Shown here: positions 61,606-64,000 of the stretch, one piece after another | Layout: every line of letters starts with the position of its first letter | Numbering within the stretch: the stretch's first letter is position 1 | The notes under the pieces: model-generated | The model's database searches: none | The model's input: only the letters and a program-made list of their open reading frames with translations | What the model was told of the DNA's origin: nothing | NCBI GenBank assembly: GCA_024137785.1 | Contig: JAHRHZ010000016.1 | Location: 33,817,339-33,881,338, forward strand | Direction of reading: 5' to 3' | DNA length: 64,000 nt | Source: Ginglymostoma cirratum | Lineage: Eukaryota | Translations under genes and position numbers: made by a program

Positions 61606-62481
61606 GTAAATCTTTGATTTCAGAATAAGTTAGAAACAGAGAGAAAATTTCCAATTCCCTTTCTATAAAAGAAACTAAATCCTTCAAGAGTACAATTCCA
61701 TCTCTATTGGCTAAGATTCACTACCTCAAGCATACCATACCACATCCCCTTTTATTTGGGCCTGATTAGCATGTAATTAGCACGTTATTTTACAATTTTC
61801 CTTCACTTTGCTTAATTCTTTGTATTTTTCAAAAAATTATTTGAGGTTTGGGGATATTTGCACGAGTAACCAGCAGGCACCGACAACCAAGTTGTTGTTA
61901 GGTTCTTCCCTGCAGCCACCCTGTCCAAATATAGAATGCTGTTGCATTGTCCCACAGGCTGTTCAGATATTAGAATTCTCAGGGCCTGAGAATTCAGACA
62001 CTTAAAAATAGTGATGAATTTTACATTGTTATTTACCTGTCCATGCTTGATCATACATCCTACAAAGTTACTAGATCCAGTCCTTTCTTTGATCTCTGCA
62101 GGAGCAGCTGAGATCAGTTGACCTTGCTAGGTTAAGTTGACCAGGTTAGGGAGAGGAAAATAGTTTATCAGTCTTGATCATCCTTCACCAGCTCCTAATG
62201 GAGTCTGCAAACGTCAGGTGAAGTTTGGGCCTGTGACATCTGTAATGGTGGACAGTCAGCCGGTCACAGTCAGTGTCTCTGTCAACAAAGCATGGCTAGT
62301 TGGAGGACTGTTTCATGCTTTGAAACTGTCTCACAGAAAATTGTGACGCCCTCAGGAAAATTGAAGAAATTGAAGAATGATTTTCATGGATGATCGATAG
62401 AACAAAAACATCAAATGTGTTTGCAGTTTAGATATGCACCAAGAGCGCAATATACTGACAGATTCCTTTTTGTCTTTTCAG

Positions 62482-62590
62482 GTACCACTCCTTCCTTTCC
62501 TACCTATTGTCAGTATGTTTATAAATGTTTACCTGATGGTGATGTTGGATTTGGGCACCTGGATCCGGTTTGGAATTTGGATGTTCATAG
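62482..62590 (+). CDS. SLC7A3: SLC7A3 coding exon 10 ([36 protein letters not shown])
   Basis: TTTTCAG| ... G|GTAAAT, 109 nt; amino acid permease C-terminal domain. Confidence 0.95.
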
Positions 62591-63875
62591 GTAAATATAC
62601 ATCTACAATTTTGTGCCTGCCCTAAAATAAAACTGGTAATTGTACACTTAACACCTCAATTAAAATAGTGGTTAAATACAAAAAGCAGAGAATACAAGTC
62701 TCCCTGCTGCCACTCGGCGCAATCAGTTCGGTCTTGAATAATGTGCCTTATTGTACCTCTTGATAAAACTTGTGTTCAAATCTCCAAGTTTATCGAGCAG
62801 AACTCCATAATACTTTTTCATACTTGCACCTCTATGCATCATTGTTGAGGTCTAATCCACTTCTTACTTGCAATTCACCCAGAACAAAAGATAAATCATT
62901 GTGGACTATTTGATCACCCCTGAAGTCGAGGTTAAAATTCACCTTCAGTCTTTTCCAATTCAACTGTACTAATTTGATTTCAAAGACCAGAAATTCTTCA
63001 ATTAATTTATATTATTTTAGTTAAAATTGGATTTACTTCACAATAGTTGTCCATGCATAGTTGAATAACTTGGTCAAGTGGCCTCAGGTTGCACACCATT
63101 TTTCAACTAGCTGTTTGGTTTGATTGGATGCTTTTAGTGATGGTCAGCAATCATACCCAGACTTTTGCTTTTATGATCATGATTACATAATGAATTTATA
63201 ACATTTCACTTTAATTTATATATTGCCACTGAAACAGCAAATTAAGTAGGGCTGGGGAATGTGTAAATTCAGATTGGGGACAGGATGCTAGAAGTACTGA
63301 TGCACATCAATGATTCCAAACAAACGTTATACTTTCAATCTCCCCTGGACTCCATTGACTTCCAACATCACTGTGGCATCAGCATTGGTGCCGTGAACCT
63401 CAAATGTAAAGCAGTCACCTGCTTCCTAAAGATGGGTAACATTTCTGTGCTTGCTCTTAATTATGATGATGAGGGATAGAAATTCACCATAGCTCCTATC
63501 TTAAACCCGCTATTCCTATGGGGAAAGGGAAAATATTATTTACCCCTTGTTCTTCGGTGTATCTTCCTGTTGCTGTAAAGTGTTGCGGGATGTTTTATCG
63601 GAATATCAGGAGTACAATATACATACAAGATGTTTGTGACATTGAGGTTCTGGTAAGATGATTTATGTTGCTGATGTGTTTTATCTGTAGATAGAATTTT
63701 TTAAATAAATATCAACTAGATTTGCATGAAGCACATGTCCTTTAAAAATATATTTTCATGCTTTATAATTATTTGGTATTTCTCCATTAAAATTCTGTAT
63801 TTTGACATCTCCATCTGAGAAAGCGTCTGTAAAATTTGTACTGTGAAATTACATTTATCTTTTAATTTTCCCTAG

Positions 63876-64000
63876 GTTTTGTCATCTACTTTGGTTATGG
63901 AATGCGGAACAGCTCTGAGAACCAGCGATCCTCTTTCACTCCTGTAGACTCGGATAGTCAAGAAAAAATGGATAAAATGCTTGACTGCAACATTTTACTC
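63876..64000 (+). CDS. SLC7A3: SLC7A3 last coding exon, truncated by the window end (GFVIYFGYGMRNSSENQ...)
   Basis: TTTTCCCTAG| acceptor; IYFGYG..S motif; open to the window end; spliced total 1890 nt = 630 codons. Confidence 0.93.

Noticed and set aside
1-64000. Prokaryotic features (CRISPR arrays, operons, defence systems, intrinsic terminators)
   Set aside because: The sequence is spliced vertebrate DNA; no regularly spaced repeat-spacer array or long intronless ORF is present.

Overview
Vertebrate nuclear DNA, very likely from an elasmobranch (shark): it carries HE1-like and SacSINE1-like SINEs and HER1-like CR1 LINEs. Two spliced protein-coding genes lie head-to-head. YIPF6 is on the minus strand (coding exons 1-4 at 9046..915; the rest runs off the left edge). 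SLC7A3/CAT-3 is on the plus strand (11 coding exons at 48308..64000, 630 codons, stop codon beyond the right edge). Most ORFs in the supplied track are spurious or pieces of decayed retroelements. The 39 kb between the start codons and the introns contain many CR1 fragments, SINEs, L1/Tx1 3' ends, a decayed Penelope-like element (RT + GIY-YIG), a probable Harbinger Myb/SANT remnant and a 400-N assembly gap. The most interesting signal is a dispersed family of short Penelope-derived repeats carrying minimal type-I hammerhead ribozyme motifs (CTGAnGA-A-stem II-GAAAC-GTH) with pairing-preserving stem changes; two pieces flank the gap as inverted arms. There are also CpG-rich promoter-like regions carrying exact ATF4/C-EBP amino-acid-response elements, which suggests multi-promoter, possibly uORF-controlled SLC7A3 expression. 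Repeat family names are from recall and repeat boundaries are approximate; no database searches were run.
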